Below, one piece after another: positions 63,503 to 64,000 of a stretch of DNA of 64,000 bases. The number at the start of each line of letters is the position of its first letter. Positions within the stretch are counted from its first letter, which is position 1. The position numbers were made by a program, and so were the translations under genes. Under the pieces are notes generated by a model that did not search any database, was not told the origin of the DNA, and saw only the letters and a program-made list of their open reading frames with translations. Source of the DNA: Asterias rubens (lineage: Eukaryota); the NCBI RefSeq assembly GCF_902459465.1, contig NC_047062.1, positions 30,876,001 through 30,940,000 of the forward strand. Reading direction: 5' to 3'.

Positions 63503-64000
63503 TCAGATCTCATGACTTGGGCCCAATTTCATAAAGCCTGTGAACACACAAAACTTGCAAAGCACGGAGTAGTATCGCTTAGCAGAGACTGTTTACCAGC
63601 GGAGCCCATATTACATTAAGTTTGAATTGTTGTTGCTGGTGTCTGACTCAACTTTAAACTAGCAAAGACATTTGTCAAGCAGTATTTTCTGCTTAACAGC
63701 TTAATGACATTATGCCCAGACATGGTCATGACCTTTGAACTAGCTGCAATCAGTCCAAGCATCTGTCTCTCTAACTTAATTCTTCTTTCCATCTCTTCTC
63801 ATTTGCATGAACACACTTTTAGTTTATATTGTCTTTGGGTGAACTTTAAATAATTCACTCCCATAGGTGCAATTACAAGGGCATTGTTGGTTGAGGTTAC
63901 AACAGCTGTGTATATATTTATAGAAATATAGTTTTATTTTTGGTAGAACAAGGCTCAGTGCTTGTTAACAGCCGTATATATTATTATTATTATTATATAT

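Overview
Intron-rich animal genomic DNA, not prokaryotic; an invertebrate deuterostome, probably an echinoderm such as a sea star (inference from gene set and repeat landscape). The left part (1-35148) is a recently amplified tandem array of eight two-exon class A (rhodopsin-like, peptide-receptor-like, non-opsin, non-aminergic) GPCR genes. It is built from two types (A, B) repeated as a ~9.6-10 kb AB dimer, plus two chimeric copies and a divergent partial copy. The copies share nearly identical TM1-ICL2, TM6 and TM7 blocks but differ in N-terminus, ECL2/TM5 and ECL3, and all three pure B copies carry private damaging changes. The right part holds five single-copy genes whose exon phases I checked by hand: COA8/APOPT1 (+, 5' end unresolved), cryptochrome DASH (-, 13 exons, 512 aa), MRPS18A (+, 5 exons), RSPH9 (-, 5 exons) and NUDT22 (+, 4 coding exons). 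Introns and spacers contain many non-autonomous DNA transposons (TTAA/Kolobok-like, hAT, Harbinger-like) and tRNA-derived SINEs, including a three-level nested insertion. The most unusual small-scale feature is a 12 x 42-bp minisatellite in the last MRPS18A intron that is a tandem amplification of that intron's own 3' splice site plus the start of exon 5. All identifications are by recognition from memory; no database searches were run.
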